58,295 nucleotides of DNA from a virus (Duplodnaviria; Caudoviricetes): IMG/VR virus record IMGVR_UViG_3300049489_000494, positions 1-58,295 of that record; one strand, 5' to 3'. A program made the translations under genes and the position numbers. Of the stretch, positions 28,347 to 38,445 are shown one piece after another (within the stretch, counting starts at the first letter, position 1; each line of letters opens with the position of its first letter). The notes beneath the pieces are model-generated. The model did not search any database, was not told where the DNA came from, and saw only the letters and a program-made list of their open reading frames with translations.

Positions 28347-30914
28347 CTATTTCTTCTTACTACTACTCTTACTAGATTTCTTACTATTCCCACTACTTGA
28401 TTTCCCATTACCTGACTTAGTACTCGACTTATTCTTACCATCTGACTTGTTACTCTTATTTCCACTATTACTACTACCACTACTAGGTATATCAGCCATG
28501 TAATTACTATCTGTTGTTATATCTACTGCGTCAGTTATAGGTACGAATCCTGTGATATCCTCATTAGGCACATCACCGCTAGATTCTAGTTGATATTTAT
28601 TCAATTTACCCTGCTCCTTCTTACTCAACTGCTTAGTAGATACTGATGATGCGCCTGTTGGAATTGGAGGCTCCGCCTTCTCATCACTACTCAACTTATA
28701 CTTCTTATCACCACTCTTCTTATTTATCTTATCACTAGCACTATCTATATCATCTAGTTGCTTCTTCAATTCAGCTACCAAGTACTTCTTACCATCGGAC
28801 TTCGCTGTAGATATTAGATCCTCTATATTCATTCTAGCAGCACTTAACTCCTTAGAACTCAACTTAGATATACTACTAGGCTTATACTTAACCTGCTTAT
28901 ACATACTAGATAATTCACTATTAATTCTATCCTCTATTGCAGCAGATAACTGCTTCTTCTCCTTCTTGTCAATACCCAGTACATTCCCCTCACCAGCTCC
29001 TCTACTCTGTAATTCCAGTAGATCAGCTATAGTAGCCTTCTTAGTCAACTTCTCCATATCCTTCGAATCTAGATCTAGATGCTTACCCTTACTATCTAGT
29101 AGACCCTTCCCTAGTATATCACTGAGACGACTGAATGTAGAGACTGTAGGGGTGATCGTTGACTTCAATGATTCCATTGGGTTATTACCCTCATGGCCCA
29201 ACTTCGGTGGTGAATTCTCAGATAGATTGAATCCATTCTTACCTAGAATACCAGCCTTAACTACACCTAGAGTATCTGTATCTCGCTTACTTCCAATTGC
29301 ACCATCACGATCGGGATCGAGCATTGATAATGCTGGATTATCTGCGTATGGATCTCCTAGACCTGTTCTAGATTCTCTGTATGCCCTCTTCAGGGCAGCA
29401 TCTACATCAGTCTGATCTACATCTGTACCGAACACCTGATCAATTAATTCCTCAATTGAGGACGTATTATTAACTGCATTATAGGAATTCCTAGTTGATA
29501 TATATGACTGCCACTTCTCTGATGTAGGATCTAAGATGCCGGATAGTCTAATCTGGGACTCGTCCATACCAGCTAATTCACTGGCTAATTCTGGATACTG
29601 ATTGAGTACTCCAGTTAGTGTAGCTCCAGTAGCTGGATCATTTAGTAATTTCACTGCTGGAGGTGCAGATGCTAGATCAATAGGAGTTGCACTACTAGGA
29701 TCCCATCCTGGTAGAAGTGCGGCCATAGTATCATCAGGTAATCCCTGTGCTATCGCCTGATTAGCACTAGTAGTCTCCTGGTAGGCGGTATCAGTATCCT
29801 GTAACTGCTCAACTGAATCCTGTAATGCGGCTCTATGTGACTCAATCCACTTAGTTAATTCAGGTTCTGACTTAGATAACTCGGAGGCTCTAGCTGGATT
29901 GTTGAGGTAGTCGCTCACTAATCCAGTGATGCCATCATCCGACAATAGCTCATCTACTGTATATGACTGTCCACCGAATTGAACCTCATCTGCTGAGTCA
30001 ATTGCATCTCCCAGTTGATTCCACTGCTCCTCATTAGCCCTGACTCCTATCGCCCCCATATCACGTAACTGCTGTCTAGCTTCAGCTCTCTCAGCTGGTC
30101 CTAGATTTGGATCAGTAGCTCTACTAGTCCACTGTTCCATATCCTGTGTATTCTTATCTACCTGAGATTGTATATTACTCTGTAATTGAGATAGATTCAT
30201 ATTACCCAATTCAGTCTCTGATATACCCAGAGCAGCCGCTAATTCAGTATTACTAGTGAATGGCTGTCCCTCACCAACTAGATTGAGTTCTGCGATGCCT
30301 ATCTGATCAGGTGTTGCTGCAGCTAATTGAGTTGATGCAGTAGATTCAGCTGATTGTTGCTGCATGTATTCCTGTGGCGACAATCCACCAGACTTAGCTC
30401 GGAATGCTTCAACTGCAGCTGGAGTTGGATTGCTATTGTAGTCAGCTAGTGCTGTGGATATATCTGGAGTACTAGTAATTACAGGAGCCTGTGCTAGACT
30501 TCGATTCATAGCTCCCTGTATCGCACTCTGCACCCTATCACCTAATCCACCTAACTTAGCTAGATTCTCAGATACAGGTAACTGACCTCGAGTAGCAACA
30601 GCAGTATCTCCTGCCTGTCTAGTTCTCAGTCTATCAGATAGTGTCTCAGTCTGTGGGGCTGCTTGTTGATTGATATCTAGAGCTGCCCTCTTCTGTCTGG
30701 CATCACCAATCATCTTAGCTGAATCAGGTGATGCACCTAGAACAGCGGCTTGCATTGGGGATGTTGGCAACTGCTGATTCTGATCTCCAGCGATTGACTG
30801 AATATCCTCACCAGTCATCTCTTGTAGCTGTCCATCTGGACCACGTACTAGACGCTTCTTACGTCCCTGATTAGCAGCTAGTCGCTCAGCTATTGTCTGT
30901 TGTACATCTGCCAT
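28347..30914 (-). CDS. large internal virion protein with Lys/Ser-rich C-terminus
   Basis: About 855 aa; first gene after the tail genes; likely start MADVQQ. Confidence 0.55.
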   Translation of the reverse strand: MADVQQTIAERLAANQGRKKRLVRGPDGQLQEMTGEDIQSIAGDQNQQLPTSPMQAAVLGASPDSAKMIGDARQKRAALDINQQAAPQTETLSDRLRTRQAGDTAVATRGQLPVSENLAKLGGLGDRVQSAIQGAMNRSLAQAPVITSTPDISTALADYNSNPTPAAVEAFRAKSGGLSPQEYMQQQSAESTASTQLAAATPDQIGIAELNLVGEGQPFTSNTELAAALGISETELGNMNLSQLQSNIQSQVDKNTQDMEQWTSRATDPNLGPAERAEARQQLRDMGAIGVRANEEQWNQLGDAIDSADEVQFGGQSYTVDELLSDDGITGLVSDYLNNPARASELSKSEPELTKWIESHRAALQDSVEQLQDTDTAYQETTSANQAIAQGLPDDTMAALLPGWDPSSATPIDLASAPPAVKLLNDPATGATLTGVLNQYPELASELAGMDESQIRLSGILDPTSEKWQSYISTRNSYNAVNNTSSIEELIDQVFGTDVDQTDVDAALKRAYRESRTGLGDPYADNPALSMLDPDRDGAIGSKRDTDTLGVVKAGILGKNGFNLSENSPPKLGHEGNNPMESLKSTITPTVSTFSRLSDILGKGLLDSKGKHLDLDSKDMEKLTKKATIADLLELQSRGAGEGNVLGIDKKEKKQLSAAIEDRINSELSSMYKQVKYKPSSISKLSSKELSAARMNIEDLISTAKSDGKKYLVAELKKQLDDIDSASDKINKKSGDKKYKLSSDEKAEPPIPTGASSVSTKQLSKKEQGKLNKYQLESSGDVPNEDITGFVPITDAVDITTDSNYMADIPSSGSSNSGNKSNKSDGKNKSSTKSGNGKSSSGNSKKSSKSSSKKK

Positions 30915-31071
30915 ATCTATATCCCTATGCATTATCTATGTAATTGTATAATATGTAATACACTACTATGTATAACACTGTGAGTACTACTATGTCGTCG
31001 GCCCCTATCATCACCCCTCCTATTGTATAGCGGTGTGCATGGCCTCCTTAACTCTCTATGTATCTCACTGA

Positions 31072-31116
31072 GTACCACGCTGTGTTATACTATGTATATA
31101 GTATACATCGTGGTAC
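31072..31116 (-). terminator. long imperfect hairpin after the 1720-aa tail gene
   Basis: gtaccacg...tatacta/tagtata...cgtggtac inverted repeat in a 200-bp intergenic gap; no U-tract. Confidence 0.45.
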
Positions 31117-31140
31117 ACTACTTGTCTACCTAATTCTAGA

Positions 31141-34100
31141 TTAGCTAGTGGTATCAGCTGCTTCTCTAGTTCCTCTACTATTCAGACCTGCTACCCTCAG
31201 ATCGAATCCTGCTATCTCTACAGGCTCATCTATTGCGCCATTGTAGTATCTAATCTGATGGTAGATACCTCTATTCTTCTTGAGAGATGTCCTGACACTT
31301 TTGATCTTATCATCGAATGTATCACTCAGATTATCAGTGGCACCTACATTGGTAATCTCGAATGAGGTAGTATTGCTGAATTCCTCACTCATATCTACAG
31401 CACTACTGATCTCAGTACCTGTTGAATTAGTGAGTACTCGGAAGTGGGTGATGATGTGTGATATCCATTTCCTGATACCAGAATCACCGCAGTCAGTAGC
31501 TCTAGTGAGAACAGTCATCTCTATTGGTGAGGAATCATCTCTGTAGTCATCTACTCCACCAGTTCTCCTTATTGAGAATACATGACCATTAGTGGATGAG
31601 AGATACGCATCACTACCTAGATTACACCAGCCTGTAGCTGGATGATTAGTGTACCTAGTCCATCCACCAATCTGACTAGTCCCCTCAGATTCACGTGTAT
31701 AATCATATACATATGCCTCCGAATTATCCGTATCACCACTTAGAGGAATACTCAGCTTATACTGACGACCTGTAGAGTAGTTATGACCCTGCATTATATC
31801 TAGTAGATTACGATTAATACGAGGGAGCCAATTACGCTCCATGAGTCTACCTACATACTGTATTGTGAGATCCCTATTGAGACGGTAGATACCAGATTCA
31901 TTAGCGAACATGATACCCTGTCTAGTAGCTGCTATGGAGTATGGAGCAGTACATCCCAGACCATTCGTTTCTAGCCGTTGTACCGCATTGTTTCCTAGGC
32001 GTTTCTCATTGATATCTATGAGATATATACTATTCGATTTAAATACAACGATGATGCCGGACTTCTGAGATCCACCGAATGAGGAATCACCGAAGAATGG
32101 TATGAGACCTGTAATCTCCTGACCATCACTAGCATTGATATCAATAGCAGAATCTGATTCAGTGGCTGAGGGTGTGAATGGTGCATCGAATATCTCTGGG
32201 TAGTTATCGTAGGATACTACTACTCTAGATGGGAATCTCCTACTAATAGCGCTGACCTGATCACTAGGTGATCTACGTATTCCACCAGCATATACATCAC
32301 AGTATGTACCGTAGTTGGGTAATATTAACTCAGGAGTTATATCGCTTACATACGGTTGACGTAGTATGAGCTGACCTACATTGAATTCATTACCAGCAGA
32401 TGCAGTGATCCACGGAGTAAATGTTGATTGTCCGGATATAGAACGATCCACTGCACGCATTGAGGCATTGATAGCACCAGCTAATCTACGCATCGCTAGG
32501 AATGCATATGGCTCTATACTAGATCTATTACCATTAATCTGTCTCCAGTTACGATCCTGACCTGTGAATATAGGTACTCTCTTCCTATTAGATGCATATG
32601 AATAGTTAATACTAGTGCCTAATACGAACGAAGTATCAGTTGCATTATTGAGAATAGTGAATGTATTACCTAATACTGAATTAATCTGCCACCAACCACA
32701 ATATGGTAATTCTCTAGTTGGTGAATTACTACTATCTCTAATATATATCCAATCACCTATTGTGAACCCATGACCTGCCTTAGTTATAGTTAATGATACA
32801 CCATCTGTTTGTGATGTGGCTGTAACTGTATTAGTATTAGAAGTGAATTCATATTCCATGTATGAGTTAACATCTAGAGTTGTGCTAGTCGATCCATTAT
32901 CCCTACGTAATGCCCACACAGATAGAGAACTAGATATCCAATCTGATTGCACTAATGAATTAGAACGAGGATGTACCTGTATATTAATCTCAGGATAGTC
33001 GATTATATTACCTAGAACTAGGGAATTACCAGTTGATGTTAGATACTTAGATATAGGAGGCTGTTCCCATGTAGTACCTAATTCTGCTCCTAGTAATGCA
33101 GAATTGACCTCATCTAGATCATGTATATCTGAATCAGCTGTTACATCTATATAATCAATATAACAATCCCCAGAGGAATTGAATGATACAGGTAGTGTAG
33201 TTATTAGATAATATGGAGCAGTTCCATCTGCAATAGTACGATATATCTGAACTTCAATTCGATCCCAATCATATATATCTAATATAGGAGGAGGTATTAG
33301 ATGATGAGTTATAGAGGAATCATCTGTGTATACCTCAACAATGTGATCATCTGCTCCTGTAACTGCAGATGCTATTATATTCTGGTTACTGTCAATTAGA
33401 TTCAGACGATAGTAATATCTATATAAATAGGCACGACTAACTAGAGATGGTGATGTGTATGTGGTAACACCTGACAATATCATAGTATTATTATTAATAG
33501 CAGTAATAGTAAATGATTCTGTCTCCACACTAGTACCCATTCGGATACGATCACCTACTGAGAATTGTTGAATATCAGTAGCACTGGAGAATGTTAGGAT
33601 GTTACCGGATATAGCAGTAGTAGTTGCATTAATCTCTAGGATTGGAATTGCAGTAGATGGAGTTGAGTCATCTGTGCTGATTGAGAATCCAGATTGCCAT
33701 CTATAGAGACCTGCTCTATATATACTACTACCATCGAACTTCATTACCTCATCATTGCCATTAGTCATGTATAGATTATCATTGACCATAGCACTACGTA
33801 TATATGATTGATTAGTATATGTAGATGAATCGAAGTGACGCTCATATACAGACGGAGTACCTGTGTAGGAATCATCAGGTGCCTCAACTGGTATCCATCT
33901 ACTAGGTACAGTCAGTGAGTAGGAATTCCCGATGGAGTCCTCCCATGTTAGATCCTCATCTATAGATACAGTATTACCTAGTAGTATACCAGATGTCGAT
34001 ATACCTAGTGTAGTCTCGAATTCGAATGTAGTGAGTCCTGTTATAGCACTGATTACCACCTGACCCGTATATACACCTGCCTGATGGAGTTGTATATAGT

Positions 34101-36303
34101 CGCCTACATCTAGGTAGTGAGTATCTCCAGTTAGGAGGGTTACTACTGCATCAGTTACTCCACCTACAATTGTCACATTCCTATTGATATCAGGATTGAT
34201 CGACCTAACACTGAGTAGGCGCTCAATCGGAGTATAACTCAGTGTATCTCCAACTACTAGATTCTCCACTGTATTAGTTGAGGATGTAGAATCACGGAGT
34301 TGTATAACTCTGGAGCTCCTACGTCCAACTAATCTGAGACCTGCAGGTAGTTCTATAGTGTCCACCACACCATTGATTACAGTTGTAGTGAGTGATGTGG
34401 ATACTGCCTCTATCTCCATTGACTCAGTGAATAGCTCGGATTGTATTAGATCGCCAGGTTGGAATGGCGATGTAGTATTAGGGGTTATAATGTCGGTGAA
34501 TATACCGCACAATCCACCTGCGTCTACCTCATTGTAGTCTGCACTGATTATTGAACTAATCTCCACAGATATAGTGATAGTGGAGGCCGATGTGACAGAT
34601 ACACTACGTATAGGGAATTCTCCATTGAGACGTGCATATCCCATCTGCTGGAGAGTTAGATAATCCTCCAATCCTCCAGTAGTACTTATGATTGTAGATA
34701 GATTACCAGTAGTTACAGCTATGGCGGTATCACTGGAATCATATAGAGCCAGTCCTGGAGTTGATATCAGGATATCTACATAGGTAGTTCCTGAGTTATA
34801 GGTAGCTGATAGGACTGTAGCGTAGTTAGATGAGCCATTAGTGTATGTAATGTAGCCACGACTACGACCTGGAGTATCCCCAGTATCATGGAATGCAGGT
34901 GATATCACAGTATCAGTTAACACACGTGTACGTAGATTAGGGTATAGACTCGGCATTAGATAACTCGTAGATGCCTCGTCATATAAACGCTCGGTGTAGA
35001 TATTACCACCTAGTCCTGCAACCAGGCGAGATTCACCAGATCTCCTGTATGAATCTATATGATTGACCCATCCCTGACGCTCATCTGCCACTGAATACAT
35101 CTCCGGTTCGTGACAGAGACCCCATATCGTCGTCTGGACCGATGTGTCACTACCTACACTAGATAGTGACGCATTAGATGTAACTGAGATTCGGTTAGTA
35201 ATTATCTGCCCGTACTCGTAGTATACCTCGAAGTTAGCTGAGGAGCCTGTATCATTAGTGAATTCGACCGTTATATCATTGGAGGTAGAGTTGTACACAA
35301 CTGAATCAGGTATGACCAGCTGCAGAGGAGCCCCGATTGATGGCTCTAGATATATTCCAGTGAATATGAATTCTGAGGTAGGATTAGGTATGGTAATAGA
35401 TAGAGTCGAACCATCAGGTATCGCCCCCACTTCCACCTGAGTAGATGGAGCTGCTCTTAGGATTGAGAATACTGTGATTGGAGATGCGGATCCATTAGTT
35501 AGAGTTACAGTTACATCACCATTAGTTGCAATTACTAGAGAGTCTGGTATATGGCGTATATATGAGGTACCAGTATCCTGGTATAACTCAGGTATAATAT
35601 TGTAGTTGTTGAGTGAGTGCGTAGCTGCTGTGATTGTATATGAGGTGGTGGATGATGCGGGTATTACCTGTGGAGCTCCTATGTATACACTACCTATTAC
35701 AGGAGTACAGTCTAGATAGTAGACGAATATAGGAGTATCAGTTGCAACTGTATATCCGATTGACACGTCATACGTAGTAGTATCAATGGATAGTGAATCT
35801 GGTATGTACAACGAATTGTCTAGGGAGGATATATCTGTACTCTCAACTAGACCTACCAGCAACTCAGGAACTCCTAGAGAATGATCATCTGAATCTAGTA
35901 CTAATGTACCACTAGGAGCAGTGAGCTCATGTCGGAAGTCTGTAGAGAAGTCTGGGTAGTAGTTAACTGTATCGGAGGTACTGAGATCACCATCTGTGGA
36001 GGATGATGTCCTACCGAATATCACTACCGGGGTACTACGTGTGTCTGAGAGATTAATGTGAGTATCAACTGTATATGTTATATTGTATGTGGACAGTGTA
36101 TTGTCCCAGGTAACTCCAGTAGCTCTAATAGGTAGGCATCCTGCAACATTCTGATACCCAACCCTCTTACTGATGTGTCCCTCTGAGTTGAGCTCGACAT
36201 TGATTAGATCCTCTGAGTAGGTGGGGGCGATTCTATTCTCTGCGCTACGGGCATCTATGCCACCTGAGAGATCGTGTTCTGGTATTGTAGTGTAGTTCGT
36301 CAT
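31141..36303 (-). CDS. tail nozzle / DNA-stabilisation protein (P22 gp10 / T7 gp12-like) with large insertions
   Basis: N-terminal DLSGGI...NVEL...GHISKRVG; C-terminal propeller-like segments (EITGLIPF, IVVFKSNSIY, GCTAPYSI, GWTRY); follows the adaptor gene. Confidence 0.65.
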   Translation of the reverse strand: MTNYTTIPEHDLSGGIDARSAENRIAPTYSEDLINVELNSEGHISKRVGYQNVAGCLPIRATGVTWDNTLSTYNITYTVDTHINLSDTRSTPVVIFGRTSSSTDGDLSTSDTVNYYPDFSTDFRHELTAPSGTLVLDSDDHSLGVPELLVGLVESTDISSLDNSLYIPDSLSIDTTTYDVSIGYTVATDTPIFVYYLDCTPVIGSVYIGAPQVIPASSTTSYTITAATHSLNNYNIIPELYQDTGTSYIRHIPDSLVIATNGDVTVTLTNGSASPITVFSILRAAPSTQVEVGAIPDGSTLSITIPNPTSEFIFTGIYLEPSIGAPLQLVIPDSVVYNSTSNDITVEFTNDTGSSANFEVYYEYGQIITNRISVTSNASLSSVGSDTSVQTTIWGLCHEPEMYSVADERQGWVNHIDSYRRSGESRLVAGLGGNIYTERLYDEASTSYLMPSLYPNLRTRVLTDTVISPAFHDTGDTPGRSRGYITYTNGSSNYATVLSATYNSGTTYVDILISTPGLALYDSSDTAIAVTTGNLSTIISTTGGLEDYLTLQQMGYARLNGEFPIRSVSVTSASTITISVEISSIISADYNEVDAGGLCGIFTDIITPNTTSPFQPGDLIQSELFTESMEIEAVSTSLTTTVINGVVDTIELPAGLRLVGRRSSRVIQLRDSTSSTNTVENLVVGDTLSYTPIERLLSVRSINPDINRNVTIVGGVTDAVVTLLTGDTHYLDVGDYIQLHQAGVYTGQVVISAITGLTTFEFETTLGISTSGILLGNTVSIDEDLTWEDSIGNSYSLTVPSRWIPVEAPDDSYTGTPSVYERHFDSSTYTNQSYIRSAMVNDNLYMTNGNDEVMKFDGSSIYRAGLYRWQSGFSISTDDSTPSTAIPILEINATTTAISGNILTFSSATDIQQFSVGDRIRMGTSVETESFTITAINNNTMILSGVTTYTSPSLVSRAYLYRYYYRLNLIDSNQNIIASAVTGADDHIVEVYTDDSSITHHLIPPPILDIYDWDRIEVQIYRTIADGTAPYYLITTLPVSFNSSGDCYIDYIDVTADSDIHDLDEVNSALLGAELGTTWEQPPISKYLTSTGNSLVLGNIIDYPEINIQVHPRSNSLVQSDWISSSLSVWALRRDNGSTSTTLDVNSYMEYEFTSNTNTVTATSQTDGVSLTITKAGHGFTIGDWIYIRDSSNSPTRELPYCGWWQINSVLGNTFTILNNATDTSFVLGTSINYSYASNRKRVPIFTGQDRNWRQINGNRSSIEPYAFLAMRRLAGAINASMRAVDRSISGQSTFTPWITASAGNEFNVGQLILRQPYVSDITPELILPNYGTYCDVYAGGIRRSPSDQVSAISRRFPSRVVVSYDNYPEIFDAPFTPSATESDSAIDINASDGQEITGLIPFFGDSSFGGSQKSGIIVVFKSNSIYLIDINEKRLGNNAVQRLETNGLGCTAPYSIAATRQGIMFANESGIYRLNRDLTIQYVGRLMERNWLPRINRNLLDIMQGHNYSTGRQYKLSIPLSGDTDNSEAYVYDYTRESEGTSQIGGWTRYTNHPATGWCNLGSDAYLSSTNGHVFSIRRTGGVDDYRDDSSPIEMTVLTRATDCGDSGIRKWISHIITHFRVLTNSTGTEISSAVDMSEEFSNTTSFEITNVGATDNLSDTFDDKIKSVRTSLKKNRGIYHQIRYYNGAIDEPVEIAGFDLRVAGLNSRGTREAADTTS

Positions 36304-36355
36304 TTACATTCCTCACTAGTTGCTTGTAGCAATTAATGACATTCTAACTAATCAA

Positions 36356-37318
36356 CTAGGTATTCAACCTGGCTGTTCTGTATCTGATCCAATTGGAGTT
36401 GCGCTTACTAACTCGGAGATGTTGTTCTCTACCTGACCAAGTACTCTCCACCTGCTTCTCGAACTTAGTGAGGATTCTATCCTCCAACTCCTGAGATCCA
36501 TTACCTAACTTCCTAGTTAGCTCAGCAACTGAATACTGAATCATGAAGTTGGTCATTGGCTTAGCGAATTGTGGTACACATGTTCCCTGTATGAGGCATA
36601 TGTAGTCATCTGGTTCGATTCCTGTATTCACGATGGAGCCAGCTACATCACGATTGAGTACTGTAGACCTGATTGGTGTTGTCTTGAGAGTGACCCTATT
36701 ATCAGATATGAGTTGTACCTGATGTGTCCCTTTAATCTGACCAGTCTGACCATCTATGATATTGACGTATGATCCCAATGAATCAGACTCAGTGGTGAGT
36801 GATTCTCCTACTGTTTCTAGCAGTACATAATTAGATCCGGTATTGACTACCTCTATACGTCCCTGACTCATTACTAGAGTCTCAGGTGTACGTAGATACC
36901 ACATACGAGCATCATAGGCTCCACTAGGAGTAGATAGAATACGTATAGAACGATTGATTATACAGTAATATTGTGGAACATCACCCCTATTAGGTGACTC
37001 TAGAGCTGATATGTCTCTATATGACACACGAGTTAGTGGATATTGAGATCCATTAGCCGATATCTCGATCCTCTCCACTCTCTCCTCGAAGCAATCCTCT
37101 GGCATATCATATTCTGATTGACCTGCAATGAGATCTAGAGTTGTATATGCGAGGAGTGGTTCCTCGTAGTGACGAGCTAGGATTGAGGATGCATAATCCT
37201 GTGCTCTATTGAGAGCGGGTAGTATATCCTCAGTATCGCTGATAGTGTCTACATTCTCCTCATCTAGGAGTGATCTAACCTGAGCAACTATATCATCTAC
37301 TGTATAATCACGTAGCAT
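36356..37318 (-). CDS. head-tail adaptor (tail tubular A-like)
   Basis: IVAQVRSLLDE...LNRAQ...GQSEYDMPED...PQYY pattern; synteny. Confidence 0.65.
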   Translation of the reverse strand: MLRDYTVDDIVAQVRSLLDEENVDTISDTEDILPALNRAQDYASSILARHYEEPLLAYTTLDLIAGQSEYDMPEDCFEERVERIEISANGSQYPLTRVSYRDISALESPNRGDVPQYYCIINRSIRILSTPSGAYDARMWYLRTPETLVMSQGRIEVVNTGSNYVLLETVGESLTTESDSLGSYVNIIDGQTGQIKGTHQVQLISDNRVTLKTTPIRSTVLNRDVAGSIVNTGIEPDDYICLIQGTCVPQFAKPMTNFMIQYSVAELTRKLGNGSQELEDRILTKFEKQVESTWSGREQHLRVSKRNSNWIRYRTARLNT

Positions 37319-37379
37319 AATATCTCCATATTATACACTATACTGTATAATCTAGTGTATTTATATACCTGATGAGGTA

Positions 37380-37688
37380 CTAGATAGATTCTGATTCTGG
37401 AGCATCTCCAGAGGGCATCTCTGATTCCAATTCAGCAGATAGACCACGCTTCTTGAACTCTGCCATCAACTCTTCATCAGATGCATCGGAGAGCATAGGA
37501 GATTCACTAGCTGGCATCTCCATCTCTGGATCAGACTCAGACTCCGACTCATCTCCACTATCATTAGATAACTCTAATTCGAGCGAATCTAATTCAGATT
37601 CTGGACCCATCTCTTCTGGTTTCTTCAGCTTCTTCAGCATTTCTTTATTCTTACTAGCACTACTACCTGACTTAGAATTACCCATCAT
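37380..37688 (-). CDS. acidic low-complexity hypothetical protein
   Basis: AGGAG RBS; Glu/Ser-rich; LSDASDEELMAEFKKRG helix. Confidence 0.6.
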   Translation of the reverse strand: MMGNSKSGSSASKNKEMLKKLKKPEEMGPESELDSLELELSNDSGDESESESDPEMEMPASESPMLSDASDEELMAEFKKRGLSAELESEMPSGDAPESESI

Positions 37689-37790
37689 ATATTACTCCTG
37701 TCTATGTTACTATTTACCTGTATTACTGATATTGTCTATATACATTATTATTGATTACTAATTATTGCTTGTATGCAATGTTATTCTCAG

Positions 37791-38009
37791 TTACGGGGAT
37801 ATGTAGGTCCATAATTGTACTAGTAGGAATCCTATCACTGTTACCACCACTGTAGTTACTATACGCACATGTCCCTTCAGCCAGTTAATCGCCTCCTCAT
37901 TACGGCTGATACGATCTAGATGATTATCCAGCTTCCCCTCTAGGGAATCGAATCGTGTATCTATATGATTACGGAGGTTATCCATCTGATTCATATTATT
38001 ACTGTCCAT
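37791..38009 (-). CDS. coiled-coil plus TM protein (holin/XhlA-like)
   Basis: N-terminal coiled coil, C-terminal TM helix; follows the fibre chaperone. Confidence 0.5.
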   Translation of the reverse strand: MDSNNMNQMDNLRNHIDTRFDSLEGKLDNHLDRISRNEEAINWLKGHVRIVTTVVVTVIGFLLVQLWTYISP

Positions 38010-38039
38010 GACTACTCACTCCAATCACATCCTGTATAA

Positions 38040-38420
38040 TCATGGCTCTGTAGGCCATGTGGGTGAATCTGGATCACTAGTATTATCTGGTAGATCTCTC
38101 AGTGCCTGACGGTATGTAGCCCAATCTTCCTTCTCCTGTGTGGATAGAGGTGAATCTGGTAGTTGAGTCCAATCACATGCACTCAACTTATTATTCCTCT
38201 GAGATCTGAGTATATCCCATCTAGGTCCTGTCTTGGAGTTGGAGGATATTAGACTGAGAACTCCTTCTATATTCTGAACTATACAATTACCAGGAGCTAC
38301 TCCATTAGGAACTTCTAACCACTGACATTCTGAATTAGAATCATATTCTGATTTTCCAGCTTCATTTGTTAGTGCATATAGAGATTGGGTCTGTATATGA
38401 ACTAACCACCAATTAGACAT
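38040..38420 (-). CDS. tail fibre assembly chaperone
   Basis: LRSQRNNKLSACDWTQLPDSPL...WATYRQALRDLP...WPTEP signature. Confidence 0.85.
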   Translation of the reverse strand: MSNWWLVHIQTQSLYALTNEAGKSEYDSNSECQWLEVPNGVAPGNCIVQNIEGVLSLISSNSKTGPRWDILRSQRNNKLSACDWTQLPDSPLSTQEKEDWATYRQALRDLPDNTSDPDSPTWPTEP

Positions 38421-38445
38421 TATTAGTTCTCCTATCTAGTGTATA

